Of a stretch of 64,000 nucleotides of DNA, positions 1-12,450 are shown piece after piece (position 1 is the first letter of the stretch; every line of letters starts with the position of its first letter). The stretch covers positions 2,730,001 to 2,794,000 of the forward strand of contig CM052816.1 of NCBI GenBank assembly GCA_028534125.1. The letters are read 5' to 3'. The translations under genes were made by a program, and so were the position numbers. The DNA is from Lama glama. Its lineage: Eukaryota. The notes beneath the pieces were generated by a model. That model was not told where the DNA came from and made no database searches. It saw only the letters and a program-made list of their open reading frames with translations.

Positions 1-639
1 ATCTACCAGGCTACGAATGGTGTGTATATGATAAAGAGATAAGGGAGGAATCAATCTCTACAGGTTTACTGTGGAATAAAGGAGATATCCTTACAAATAA
101 TTTCATGGCTCTTCATACTGTAACATTTACATGAATAAAACCCAAGAGTTTAATTCAAAGCCCCGTATCATTTTAACACAGTCTAAACTGCCAATACCAC
201 TGTAACGCTGAAACCCGACCAATTTATTTACAATAGGTAAAGGTCTATTTGGTTTAAGTAAACATCTGCTTTAGAAAACATATTTAATAAAATAATAGTT
301 AAAAATACGTAGTAACTCAAATTACTATTGACAGAATGTTTAGCAGAGGGTACACCTGGATAATTAGAAATAATATGTGATTTCTGTGTCTCTTGAAGCA
401 GGGTTTCTAAGACACCTGAGAGGCCTTGAAAACTGTTCTGAGCTGATTAAGTATTGCAATCATGTTACACTGCTGCCTTAAATAGCAAATGTTTTCAAGG
501 AAATCGTCCTTTCTAGACTAACGTTAATTTATGAAGATACAACCTCATCCAACACCGTAATGAACTTTAGCTCCGCCTCTATTTAAATAAGCACTAATAC
601 TGACTAGAAGAAATAATCATCACTATTATGTCTAGAACT

Positions 640-830
640 TTGGAGCCCTGGCCAAACGGCTCAGCTGTTGGGCTGACCGCTGTACGTGCATTATCTAACT
701 GATGGTCACAACAACCCTGTAAGGTAGGTTTTTTTTATCAGCTCTGTTTTATAGACAAAAACACTGAAACCCAAGGTCCCGTAACTAATGAACACTGTCT
801 GAATTCAGAGCTCATGTTTTTAAGTGAATC
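640..830 (-). mobile_element. MIR SINE fragment
   Basis: 'cacaacaaccctgtaaggtagg...gttttatagacaaaaacactgaaacccaaggtc' resembles the reverse complement of the MIR core; diverged, edges approximate. Confidence 0.6.
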
Positions 831-1599
831 CAAAATCAATGGAGTCGTGTCACGTATATGCAGCTCAGCGTTAAAGTAAGAAAGTAGGTTGGCAAAAGTC
901 CCAAAAATACCCACCGGCACAGAGGGAAATAACGTGACTTTTTTCTACCAATTTCCTTTCAACCTCCTGATTTCTAGAGGGACCGTTTTTGCTCTGTGCC
1001 TCCTGTTCTTTCGCCTGCCCTCCAATCAAAGATGCTCAAGTGGCCAAATCCACTTAAAACAGAGAAAATGTTCCTTCCTCTTGCTTCAGGTGCTTGCCTC
1101 TAAGAGGTGACTCTGGGACTCCTGGTGAAGAGGGAGCTCGGAGAATGGTGTCTAATTCCCACCACTAAAATTAAATTATTAATTTTTTATCAATTAATTG
1201 GATGCGGATTGGTGGGGAAGACAGGCTCTCAGCGCAGCTGAGCTCTCCCGGGTGCCAGATAAAACAAGGAGTCTGCCCCGGTGAGGTGGGCAAGAGGGAG
1301 AAGGCAGGCACAGTAGTAATAAGTGTGAGGGCCCCCTGACTTCAGGAGAGGGAGCACAAGCCAGGTCCCAGAAGGAGAGACACAGAATCGCGGAGATTTC
1401 TCCAGGGGGCCTTGACGGAATCAGCCCTCCAGGCCTGGGAAGACGACACTCCACTGCTTGCCCAGGAGTTGCTCTGAATTCTCTTGCACACTGAGGCAAG
1501 ATCAAATCCCTGAGAAGGGCGGTTTCTAGCCTCCTTTTGAATGGAAAGTGTTCTTGTTCAGAATACTGTTCTTTAAAAACTGAAAATAGCTTGTATTTT

Positions 1600-2220
1600 C
1601 TGCTGATATAAATAAGTCATATTCAGGATAAAAATCAACTATTTAGAACGCACATGTTTAAAGGTTTTGTTTATGAAATTCCACCACTCCGAGATAATAA
1701 TTAACATTTTAGGGAGCATGACTCCATACATCTCTTTTTACTGACAGGGAAGTCGCATACAGCTACAAGCATCTAGTTATTAGTTTATTTAACAAATATT
1801 TACAAAATACCATGTGCCAGGGGCCCATCTATACATGCTGTTTCTTACCATTTTTTATTATTCAGTAATATGATGTGAACTTGCTTCCATGTCAGTGGAG
1901 GTGTACACGATCACTTTGAATCATTCTGTCATGTTTGACCATAAATTCCGATGATGCCTTTAAGTGTTTTCCAACTTCTTGCTATCAAAAAACAATACAA
2001 TAGGAAGTCTTTCCACATCTCTCTGATTATGCCTTCCAGATAAATGTCACTGGAAATTCAAAACACCTCACATTCGTCTAATTCTTCACTTTTCAAGTTG
2101 TTGTCATGTTTACAACTTGGTGATAAAGAGACCGGTTTCTGTAAACCTCGCATCAGAATTGGTCGCACTGTTTCACAGTTACATTGCATACATCTGGCTT
2201 TCTCTAATAAATGTGAGAGC
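1600..2220 (-). mobile_element. Old L1 (L1ME-like) 3' region, degraded
   Basis: 'tgttttccaacttcttgctatcaaaaaacaatacaatagg...gataaatgtcactggaaatt' resembles an antisense L1ME 3' end. Confidence 0.45.
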
Positions 2221-3269
2221 GCGAGGTTTGACTGATGAAACCGAATCACAGAATACCTGTATGTGTGAACGTGAAGGGGAGAGAGAGACCTAGAGATAAT
2301 TCTCTGCAACTAGAAACCAGATGTCTCAACACCACCAGAGTGAACTACAGCGTGGGTGTGTCCACTGGACCAAAAGACAACTTTGGTAGCCCCAGAGAAC
2401 CTTCCAGATAAAGGATCCCTGAGGGTGGAGGTTACACGCGTCTTACTCACCAATGTATTTCCAGTACCTAGCTTGGAGCTCAAAATATGACAGGTACTCA
2501 ATGAACAGTTCTGCATTTAACAAACCACAAAATGGGTCTTCCAGGACCACAGCAAACCACAGCCAACTTCCCATCGTCATGCCCACTCCACAAGAGAAAC
2601 TGTGACGTGAAGCCAAGGCATCCATAGCTGATAAATTACATACAGCCTTCATCCTACAATGAATTTCTCACTCGGAAGGAGCTGTGGACAGTAAGTCTCC
2701 TCCAAAGCCACATCAGATCCTTAAATCGAAGAACTCAAACCAAGGGGGACTGGTCCAACAGTACATGGAGAAGAGAATTCTCTCAACGAGTGCTTTATTT
2801 TGCCCTTCCTGAAAATTTCCTCCCAACTCCTATCAGAAAATTCCATTCATCTCCTCCATTTCCGCCCCTCCTCCTCAACCCATAATATTACCTCACCCTC
2901 TGCCACTTTGTCAGAAATCCGTCTTGCGTACTAATTCATATGTACACACACTGGATATGTAAAGGAGTATTACCAAGTGGGTGGTTCTTGAAAATCAGCC
3001 ATTCATCATGCATATTGATCACCTAGGTAGGATGGTATGAATCAGAGAGTAGCAATCATTAAATCAAAGATTTATACTAGTAAAAGAGCACCAGAGCCAT
3101 TCATCAATTCCATACCGCCCTCGGTGATTAATTAGGTTCCAATCTGACAGCTTAGAAGCTGGTTCACAATTAAGGCTATTACAGTTAGAGGTAGGTTGCT
3201 GTTTTTTTCCCTTCCCTTTAGGAAGAAAAAACTGGGGGAAGGTGTTCATTTGTTGGGCTTATGACATTC

Positions 3270-3433
3270 TGTACTTTTCCTTCATAACATTTATCCCTGT
3301 TGGTAAATACAGAGTTACAAATGGGATTATATGTTTAAATTCTCTCTCTCTCCATTAGTCCATTAGGTCCCTGAAATCTTAGAGCCTCTAGCACATAGTA
3401 GGCACTCAATCGGTATATGCTGAACAAATGAAT
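3270..3433 (+). mobile_element. L2 LINE 3' end
   Basis: Ends in 'ctagcacatagtaggcactcaatcggtatatgctgaacaaatgaat', the typical L2 terminus. Confidence 0.65.
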
Positions 3434-3544
3434 TTTTAACTAGATGGCTTCAGATGCTTTGGGCTCAGATGTAGCATCACTTACAACGGGGCTTCTCATG
3501 TTCCCACTGGGTCTTGCCCTTTAAAAAGTGAAACAGAATCTCTC

Positions 3545-4190
3545 CAGGTTGGAGAACCACTCTGGAAAACTGTTTGGCAGCAGTGACTGAAGCCCAAACA
3601 CTCATTCCTATGACTCAGCAATTCCAACCCTGGGTATGTACCCCACAGAGATGGGAACAAATGTTCACTGAAAGACATGCTCACAGAGGCACTGTAATTA
3701 ATAGACCAAGCCGGGAACAACCCCAGTGTTCATCAACAGAGAATGGACACATAAATCATGGTCTGGTCACACAATGAAAAACTACACAGCAATGAGGATG
3801 CACAGACCACAGCCTCATGTAGCAGCACGGATGAATCTCACACACACTATGCTGACAGAATGAAACCAGACACAAGGGAGGACATGCTGTGTGATTCTAT
3901 TTATATTAAGTTCGAAAATAGACAAAACTGATCTGCAGCATCAGAAGCTGGGACGATGACTGCCTCTGAAAGGCTAGTAAGTGGGAGAGGGCATGAAGGG
4001 GGCTTCTGAGGGCTGATAATGTTCTGTTTCTTCACTGGGTGCTGGGTCTACACGTGTGTTCACTTTGTGAAAATTCACACCCCATTTTCTGTTGTTTCAT
4101 TTTGGGTTAATAAATAGAGCTATCTGATTTAGTCCCCTTTTTTGTATGTATGGGATAGTTCAACCAAAGTTAATTTAAAGAAAAAAAGAA
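3545..4190 (+). mobile_element. Old L1 (L1ME-type) ORF2 end plus 3'UTR
   Basis: 'aaccactctggaaaactgtttggcag...tatgactcagcaattcc...gatgaatctcacacacactatgctga...gtgattctatttatattaagttc', followed by an A-rich end near 4180-4190. Confidence 0.75.
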
Positions 4191-4324
4191 TTAACTTTTT
4201 TCTTTCTCTGTGTGTGGAAGAGTAGGAAACATTTTCATGCAAACTCCAAGCCCAGATCGATATCTCAGAGAGTGTCTCTTGGTGGAGATTCTAAAGAAAG
4301 AGGTATAGTTTCAAATACGACACT

Positions 4325-4386
4325 AAAACTGCATGTCTAAAAACAAATTTTTAACAAAGAATAAAAAAAAATAAAAACTACATGTC
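4325..4386 (+). mobile_element. Tail-only retroposition scar (36-bp A-rich insert between 13-bp near-perfect TSDs)
   Basis: aaaactgcatgtc (4325-4337) and aaaactacatgtc (4374-4386) flank taaaaacaaatttttaacaaagaataaaaaaaaata. Confidence 0.55.
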
Positions 4387-4924
4387 CTTTAGTGTTCCTT
4401 CTAATTCTCAAGTTCTATGATGAGTAACCTTTTGAAAATTGACAGAGAACTCAGTGCCCATGGATTTCTTGTGCTAACCTTGGCCATTCTCAGAAGAGTG
4501 AAATGAGACAATTAAAGAAAACTGTCTTCCTGACTTATGTTCAGGAGTCTGCATCACCTTTTATAATTTCCCCTGCAACCCTTGAAAAGCAAGCAGGGGC
4601 TTCCTGTAAGTCAAGAGGGTTTGGAAGAAATGGGTATGGTAAAGAAATGCTGTGGTTTTTGGAAATTCGGAAATTTCTGATAATCGCTAGCATTAAGACC
4701 AGAAAACTAAGACCTAAATTCATAATAATAAAGCTCTCCAAATTTTTGAAGTCTTCCTACATACCACGCACTGAGTTTATGTGCTTTTTAACGTATTCCT
4801 TCTTTTAATACTTGCAAATTCTAGGAGATGGGTACAGACTCTCTCACCTGTAGGAAGGGTGAGTCAGTCCACTGTCTGAGCCTCAGATTCAAATCTGCAC
4901 ATTGGGAATAAAGCTCTGTGCCCA

Positions 4925-5160
4925 CAGAGCAGTGGTTCTGAGGATAAGCTCTGGAACAAGACTAACAGGGTACAATTCCAAGCTAAGCTAACTCATCTTA
5001 ACAAAAATTTAACCTCTCTCTGCTTCAGGTTTCTCATCTACAAAGTGGGGTTACTAACAGTATCTACCTCACAGGATTATCATGAGGAGGACAGGACATT
5101 TAGCACCATGCATGGCACCTACTAAGACTTCAATCCATAGCAGGTATTTATTAATGTTAC
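4925..5160 (+). mobile_element. MIR SINE
   Basis: 'taacctctctctgcttcaggtttctcatctacaaagtggggttactaacagtatctacctcacaggatt' is the MIR core. Confidence 0.75.
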
Positions 5161-5440
5161 TTATTTTTAATATTATTTTATTTACATATATTCTTCCTAA
5201 GTGTTAAATACTACATAACTGGCAGATATTACATACTTAATAAGAATAATTTTTAGTAAAACAAAAATAATCAGCAATAGTTCTCTACTGGTTTAGGATC
5301 TATTTGAGATCTTTCAGCCTAGACCCCTAAAACACAGAAGAAATCATTATTCATCAAACTCCAAAATTTCTTGAAAGCTAAGATCACATCAGTCTTGCTC
5401 AGATACAATGGAAGACTTTCATCCTTAGAACAGAAACCTT

Positions 5441-6255
5441 GTATCACCTCACACCAGTCAGAATGGCCATCATTCAAAGGTCCACAAACAATAAACGCTA
5501 GAGAGGGTGTCGAGAAAAGGGAACCCTCCTTACACTGCTGGTGGGAATGCAGGTTAGTGCAGCCATTGTGGAAAACAGTATGGAGATTCCTCAAAAGACA
5601 AAAAATAGACTTACCATATGACCCAGCAATCTCGCTCCTGGGCATATATCCAGAGGGAACCCTAATTCAAAAACACACATGCATCCCAATGTTCACAGCA
5701 GCACTATTTACAATAGCCAAGACATGGAAACAACCTAAATGTTCATCGACAGATGACTGGATAAAGAAGTTGTGGTATATTTTATACAATGGAATACTAT
5801 TCAGGCATAAAAAATGATAAAATGCCATTTGCAGCAATATGGATGGCCCTAGAGATTGTCATTCTAAGTGAAGTAAGTCAGAAAGAGAATGAAAAATACC
5901 ATATATCACTCATACATGGAAACTAAAAAAAAAAAGGACAAATGAATTTATACATAAAACAAACAGACTCACAGACATAGAATACAGACTTGTGGTTGCC
6001 AGTGGGGAGCAGAGTGGGAAGGGATAAACTGGGAGTTTGAGATTTGCAGATACTGAGTGGTATATATAAAACAGATAAACAAGTTTATACTGTATAGCAC
6101 AGGGAAATATATTCAATACTTTGTAGTAGCTCGTGGTGAAAAAGTAAGAAAATGAATATATGTATATTCGTGTATGACTAAAGCATTGTGCTTTACACCA
6201 GAAATTGACACAACGTTGTAAACTGATTATACCTCAATAACAACAAAAAAAAAAC
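5441..6255 (+). mobile_element. 5'-truncated lineage-specific L1 (ORF2 C-terminus, 3'UTR, poly-A)
   Basis: Closely similar to 28328-29100 of the full-length L1; encodes the ORF2 C-terminal Cys-rich region ([21 protein letters not shown]); AATAA plus A-tail at the end; no clean TSD seen. Confidence 0.95.
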
Positions 6256-6317
6256 ATAAAGCATAACTTCATTTGTTCATTCATCCATTTACCGAGTGTT
6301 TATTAAGTACCTTGTAT

Positions 6318-7420
6318 CTGTGTTTAGGGATCTCTGTTGCAAATCGTAGAAACCTCAAAGAGATTTAGTAAGAAGGGAACTTATGGCAAGTAACAAAGCC
6401 CACCAGTAGCTGTGCAGGCTTCTTGTTCGTCCTGATTCAGTGGCTCATTATGTCATCGAGGACTCAGATTGTTTCATCTGTCTACCCTGTCATCCCGGGT
6501 GTTGGCCTCATTCAAACTGGTAGCCTGATGACTCCAACTACTGCAGGCTGTGGCCAGACCTACTGGTTATCTACCCAGCGGTCACACTCTCCCACTTCTT
6601 CCTCCCAAATAGAAGCCCAGTTTTCAAGTATCAGATATCAGGGTACTTCATTATGCCCTCCTAACTGTGTTTGTTAATTATCTAAGCCAATTACAATTGT
6701 TCCTTTTGTCTTCCCACAATTGCCTGAAGATGTCCATGTAACAACTCTTCGATAAGTAAGGGAAAGTCAGCTCTGGCCCTTCTAGGAATATTTATTTCCC
6801 ACACATAGTCAGGAACTTGCCCCCGTTCCTGCCCCTGGACACTCTTGCCTCTCCTGTGTGAGACGTTCCTGCCGCCACTACAGCCATCTCGTCACCACAA
6901 AGAAAGCTCCCAGCACATGGTATAGAAAGATGGCAGGAAGCTGGCAGCCTGGCTGGAATTAAGCAACCCTGGAACTGTCCTACCTCTGAAATTTTGGTTA
7001 TGTGATAAGTTATAATGTAAACACGTATTCTTTAAGCTAGTTTTAGGTGAGACCTTGAGAAAGTTATAAAACACTGTGAGACACATACACTTATCACTAC
7101 ACAAACACAGCTATTTCCAGAGGGGAAAAAAAAAAAGATAATCTCTTTCTGAGAATTTCTCTTAAAATAGAAGAAAACTGACCCAGACACCTCAACCTCT
7201 TTCCTTCCTCCCCTACGTCCTCTCGATTTTAATTGCCCAGTATCAGGTCATATGCCCACTGTTGAACCAATGGCCTGCTAGAGAAATTGGATTGCTAACC
7301 CCTGGGGTTTGGAATTGGGATCAGCTGTGTCTGAAGTAACTCGCCACATTGGGGAGAGGTGACTGCCTGAATTAAACTGAGTTCCGTTAGGACAAGGGGC
7401 GGGATATTAGATACTGATCT
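6318..7420 (-). mobile_element. MaLR LTR (old MLT1-type), interrupted at ~6665-7050
   Basis: Starts 'tgtgtttagggatctctgttgcaaatcgtagaaacctcaaa...aagaagggaacttatgg' and resumes 'aggtcatatgcccactgttgaaccaat', both typical of an antisense old MLT1. Confidence 0.5.
6665..7050 (+). mobile_element. Nested ERVL/MaLR-type LTR fragment
   Basis: 'ctacagccatctcgtcaccaca...aaccctggaactgtcctacctctgaaattttggttatgtgataa...ctttaagctagtttt' resembles the 3' half of an old LTR in opposite orientation to its host. Confidence 0.45.
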
Positions 7421-7861
7421 GCTGTATCCTGCTTATTACCATATGCGTAATGCGTACCGGCCTTGGGACTCCTCAGTAACAGGAAATGTTCAGCACAGCT
7501 CTAATGATCAAATCAAAGTCCGTATTCTCCTTCAGGGCCCTATTTTTGGAATCTCAAAATCTCTTAAATGTAAGCCAAGCCATCAGATCTCTAGTAACTC
7601 TTAGGGCTCGGGTCCAAATGTGGAATTTGCTAACAGAGATTTCATCTAAAGTAAAGTTGAAGTAGGTTTCTTCCTACCTCCCACTAAGAGCTATTAGAAG
7701 CCATTCTTAGGCATATTGGTATATTCAGGAGTACTAACTTGCCTCCAGGCACATTTCTAACACTCTTATTTCCCATCAAACTTGTCTGAACCTAAGTCCT
7801 CAGACTTCCTGGAGCCTAGAAAATCATTCCCCAAATTGGAAAGAGCGTCTCTCCGCTGGGG

Positions 7862-8090
7862 AAGTACGGTAGAGTGGTTAAGAGGGAGTTCGGATCCCCA
7901 CGGTACCGGTAACTAGGCGGTCCCTCGGCAAGATGCTTAACCTCTCAATGCCTTAACTTCCTCAACCATAAAATGTGAATGATAACCTAACTCCTACCTC
8001 ATCAGCTTGTAGAAAGCATTAAGTTAGTCAGTGCACGGAAGTGCTAAGCACAGTACACAGAACATAAAATGTTACCTTGATAAGGATTAG
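7862..8090 (+). mobile_element. MIR SINE
   Basis: 'gtagagtggttaagag...ggcaagatgcttaacctctcaatgccttaacttcctcaaccataaaatg'. Confidence 0.7.
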
Positions 8091-9794
8091 CTCTTCCTTA
8101 TGTTTCTTCATCTCTGTCTTTCTCTCTCTTACGGCATCATCACAGAGCTATACCATCACAGTTAGAGCTAACTGATGGGCCTTTCTGGTTCGGTGCTGTC
8201 AGTCAGCCAAATAGCTGGAATTTTTTTTTCCATTTGGTTAGACAAACTCCCTATTTGGTATAACAGTTAACTTAGCCAATTAAATGAAAAACATAGTTAT
8301 TATATGGTAATTTTATTTATATCGAGCTTTTTCAGAGGCAGGGCTGACCATTTCTGGTCCAGGCCTCCGGAGTCGAGGCTGGCTTCCCTCTCCTCACTCT
8401 GCATCCTTGGCTTTGAGCCAGCTCCTCTCCACAGTCTCAGAAAGCCTGAACTGCAACAGTGCCTTGGGGAATCAACTTCATTGACTCACCAAATCAAAAT
8501 ATACAAATTCCCCTTTTAAACCATGATCTATAACTAGGAGAATATTGCCTCTCCACTGCATTAAGGCCCACCCTATTACCTTATGGAATTACCCACAGTG
8601 GCAGAAATCCATTCACCTGATCCACCGACACCCTGGGGGCAGCTCAGATAGCATAAAGCCAATTGATAGATGTATATTTGATACATATTTTATGCCTGGA
8701 ATTTATGTCTTCTGCATGTTTCATTTGCTATTCTGACTCACTTTATGGCACAGGAGAACTGGGGGGATTTCAAGAGGGACTGAGAAAGAAATGGCATGGA
8801 AGAACAGGGTGGAAATCAAAACAGCAATTTTTCTTTCTGATCTAGGACCTTACACCTGAGCATCCTGATCCCCTCTACAGCAAAAAAGAAGTGTTCCCGC
8901 CCTTCCTCCTCCAAGGAAGGGACTTTGAGAAGGAAAGGAGCTACAACTGGAAGAATAGGAGAATCTTTTTCCTGCAAGCCAGCAGCTGAGCCAGATCCCC
9001 ACCACAAAGTATGTGTGTTGCAGGGAGGGGAGGGTGATAAAGACATAAGCAGTAATAGAACTAAAGTTATGCAGTTTAACTTCCACAGTTTTCAAGACTC
9101 CACTACGTATTTCAGCTCACTTCGCTCTCAAAGTAGTCAAGACTGGTATTTTTCATCCCCATGTTACTGATGCTGCAGATAGGAGAATGACCTGCCTAAG
9201 ACCGTGGTCTATGGCAAAGCAGGGGCTCACATTTCACCTTCTACCTCTCTAGTGTGTGTACAAATGGGAGTATGTAAAATTTTAGAAGGCTTCTTCATGA
9301 GCCCCTATACCTAAGGACAGAATTCATCACCATGCTCATTTCAAAGCCCTACTATGTATCCTGTATTTTCCAAAAGCTTAGTTAAAAAATTTATACCAAT
9401 TTATTATAACTTACATACATACACACTAATTCAATCATCACAGTAACCCTGTGAAAGTAATGTAAGGGAGTGTGACTCCAGGAACCGTGCTCTCAGGCAC
9501 TCTGCCATGCCGTATTTCTTCTCTGAAGCTCCCTACTTACTCCCTTCACCACCAGCTCTAGGACCTGTGTCTCAGATTCCCTTTCGCAGATCCCAGCCTC
9601 TCTAACTCCTGTCCACCTGCCCCTTTTCCATCATCCCCAATTCCTCTCTCCCTATTATGAAAGCAATTCAGTTTACTCCCAGCCCCAACCAACCATTTGT
9701 TATCTCAACATACACAGTCAGAAAATAGTTACACTCAAATTTTCCTTTTATGTAACAGGCCTGCCCTCCTTACAAGCAAATGCATGTAGACAGA

Positions 9795-10080
9795 TGGTAA
9801 TCATTCAGAAAATACTTGTTGAGCTCATACTACGGGCCGGCACTGAGCAACTTGAAGGACGCAGTGATGAGCAATACCAGACACGATCCCTGACTTCAGG
9901 GGACTGATCATCTAATAGAGAAAACAGATGGCCCTTGACTAAACAGTCAATGCAAAGTACAGGCATAAAAAACCACTGTAAAGGAAAGTCAACTCCATGT
10001 AATTGGAGGATTTGGTGCAGTCAGGGGGTCAGGAAGGGGTTCTCTTAAGTGGGAAATGAGCTGAGACAAGGAGGACAGAT
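9795..10080 (-). mobile_element. L2 LINE 3' fragment
   Basis: 'tcattcagaaaatacttgttgagctcatactacgggccggcactg...gatccctgacttcaggggactgatcatcta' matches an antisense L2 end. Confidence 0.6.
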
Positions 10081-10084
10081 TAAC

Positions 10085-12275
10085 AGCATATTCACTGTTG
10101 CCTTATTTACAAGGTTGAAAACTGGAAACAACATGTCTATATAAAAGAACCATTTGTGGCATTATCCACATGACAGACTATTAGAAATCCATTTAGAATT
10201 AAATCTTTGATAACTAAGATATTACAAGATTTTAAAAAAATGCAAACTAACCTAACTTTAAAAATACTAATGTAAAAAAAAAATCCTAAAAAAATCTTAA
10301 CAATGAGAATCCAGCAGTACATTATGCAAATTGATTCATTCCAGGAATTCAAAAGTATTTCAATCTTAGAAAATCCATTAATGAAATTCATCATATAAAC
10401 AGGTCAAAGGAGAAAACCATGATTACCAAGAAAACTGTCAAAAGCATTTACTAAAATTCAAATCCATCTCTTACTTAAAAAAAAACTTACTTTTTGAAAA
10501 AGGACATATACATCCCCCGAAATTTAAGAATCATACTGAAACGCTAGAAGCATACCCATTAAAGTCAGCAATATAACCTGGAGGCGTTCTTATACATCTG
10601 TTATTTAATATTATTCTAAAAGCGCCAGCTAGAGCATATGAAAGTCAACCAAATAAGAGAGCAACAATTGGAAAATGAAGGTACAGTGATCACAATTGCA
10701 TATGATGAGATTCTACACTTGGAAAACACAAAAGAACAAAAAAGCCAACAAAAAAAATTAAGTGGCCATTTACAAAAGAAATACACAAAAATCAATACTG
10801 TTCTTATAAACTAACAATAACCACGTATAGAATGTAGAAGGAAAAAAAAATCCCACTCGCACAAGCAAGAAAAAATTTTTAAGCTAAAACTTGAAACAAG
10901 TACCAGAAAAGTTTCACTTGACATATATGAAAAAAAAAAAAGTAAAATTACTAACAGGTACAAATAATGAAGAGACATAACTTGTTCCTAGATAAGGAGA
11001 TTTGATATTATAAAAATACACATTCTTCCCCATAAATCTAAAAATAATCAAAGCAACCCGAATAAAATTTGACAAAGAATTATAAAAGTCTCTTTGGGGA
11101 GATAATTCACAAACAAGTGAAAATAGCCCAGAAAAATCTGGGGGAAAAATTAATGAGGAGAGATTTGTTTTACCATATGTATTAAAAAGCTACAGTAACT
11201 TAAAATTGTTTTTCCTTAAATAAAAAAACAAACAGAAGGCAGGGAATAAATAGCAAAATCTAACCCGTTAGAAAAGAGAAAAAGGTAAAACTAATAAATG
11301 ATCCAAAAAGCTGGTCTTTCAAGAAATCAACAAAATAAACCAGTAGCACACTTAACCACAAAAAAAAAGGGAGAAAACAGAAATATGCAGTATGAGAAAT
11401 GGTAAAGGTAGACAGAAAACTGAAAAACATCATTAGAAAATAATCTTGTATAATTCTCTGTAATAAATCTGAAAACCTAAATAAATGAATAATTTTAACA
11501 AAATACGACTTACCAAACTGATCCCAGTGAGAAAGTTTGAACAGACCAAGTTCCTAGAAGAGAAAAAGGAAGTTATCAAAGACCTACCACGAAAGAACAA
11601 ATAAAGCAACAGGCATAAATGCTTTCATACGGAAACTGGACCTTCAAAGAAGGTATTACCCTGGTGCTACTTAACCTGTTCCAGAGAACAGGAAAAAAAG
11701 GAAACCTCCCCAGTTCTCTTCATAAGGCAAGTTTAACATTGATACCTCAATGTGGTAAAGACTGCACCGAAAAAACTACAGACCAGTCTCACCTGTAAAT
11801 ATGGAAGCAAAAATAAATAGAATATTGGCAAACACAATCAAATACCCAATTACAGTAATGTTCCAGCCAAGCAGGGGGAATTCAACCGGAGGAGACTTAA
11901 TTCACCATGTTAATAAATCAAAGGGGGACATCATCTGAACCATGAACACTGGGGCAGCATCTGACAAAATTCAAATTCTTTGTGAAATTTACAAGACTGT
12001 GAATTTTTTAAAAATTTAGTACAGGAATCGTTGAAAACATTGTCGTTACTAGCTTGAGGACAAATCGCAGTCAGTCACTCAGGCAGAGGGACAAAAGTCG
12101 CTGTGGCCTCAATGCACTGTAGGCAGGTGACCTCCCAGGGGAGCCTACGGGACCCGGGCAGGGTATGGGCGTCTACCATATTAGAGAACAGATTAGGGTA
12201 GCAAAGCGTCCCTCCCACAGACTACATTGCAAACCGGAAAGGAAAAACAGACCTTTACAATGGAGAAATCTAGGT
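10085..12275 (+). mobile_element. Mosaic of old L1 (L1M-type) ORF2 and 3' fragments
   Basis: A-rich and clearly homologous to ORF2 of the young L1 (e.g. 'aaaaatcc...gaatccagcagtac', 'aaagcatttactaaaattcaa', 'aaaagctggtctttcaagaaatcaacaaaata'); no long ORF remains. Confidence 0.8.
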
Positions 12276-12279
12276 ATTC

Positions 12280-12450
12280 TTATTATGCACCATATAATTT
12301 AATCCTCCTCACTATCACCCAAGAAACACGTAGAATCATCTCTATTTCATAGAGAAAAACTTGAAGAGCAAAGATGCGTAGTATTGTACTCAGGTAAAGA
12401 GGCGGGGTTTCTATCCGAACTGTCTTAGTTTGAGTTCTAATGCACTCGAC
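12280..12450 (-). mobile_element. MIR SINE fragment
   Basis: 'atttaatcctcctcactatcaccc...atctctatttcatagagaaaaacttgaag'. Confidence 0.55.

Noticed and set aside
2545..2690. Possible + strand exon (ttccag| ... ca|gtaagt)
   Set aside because: Weak polypyrimidine tract and stops in all three frames; no other support.
5371..5817. 148-aa ORF as a host gene
   Set aside because: It is the L1 ORF2 C-terminus read in from flanking DNA, with a non-ATG start and no splice context.
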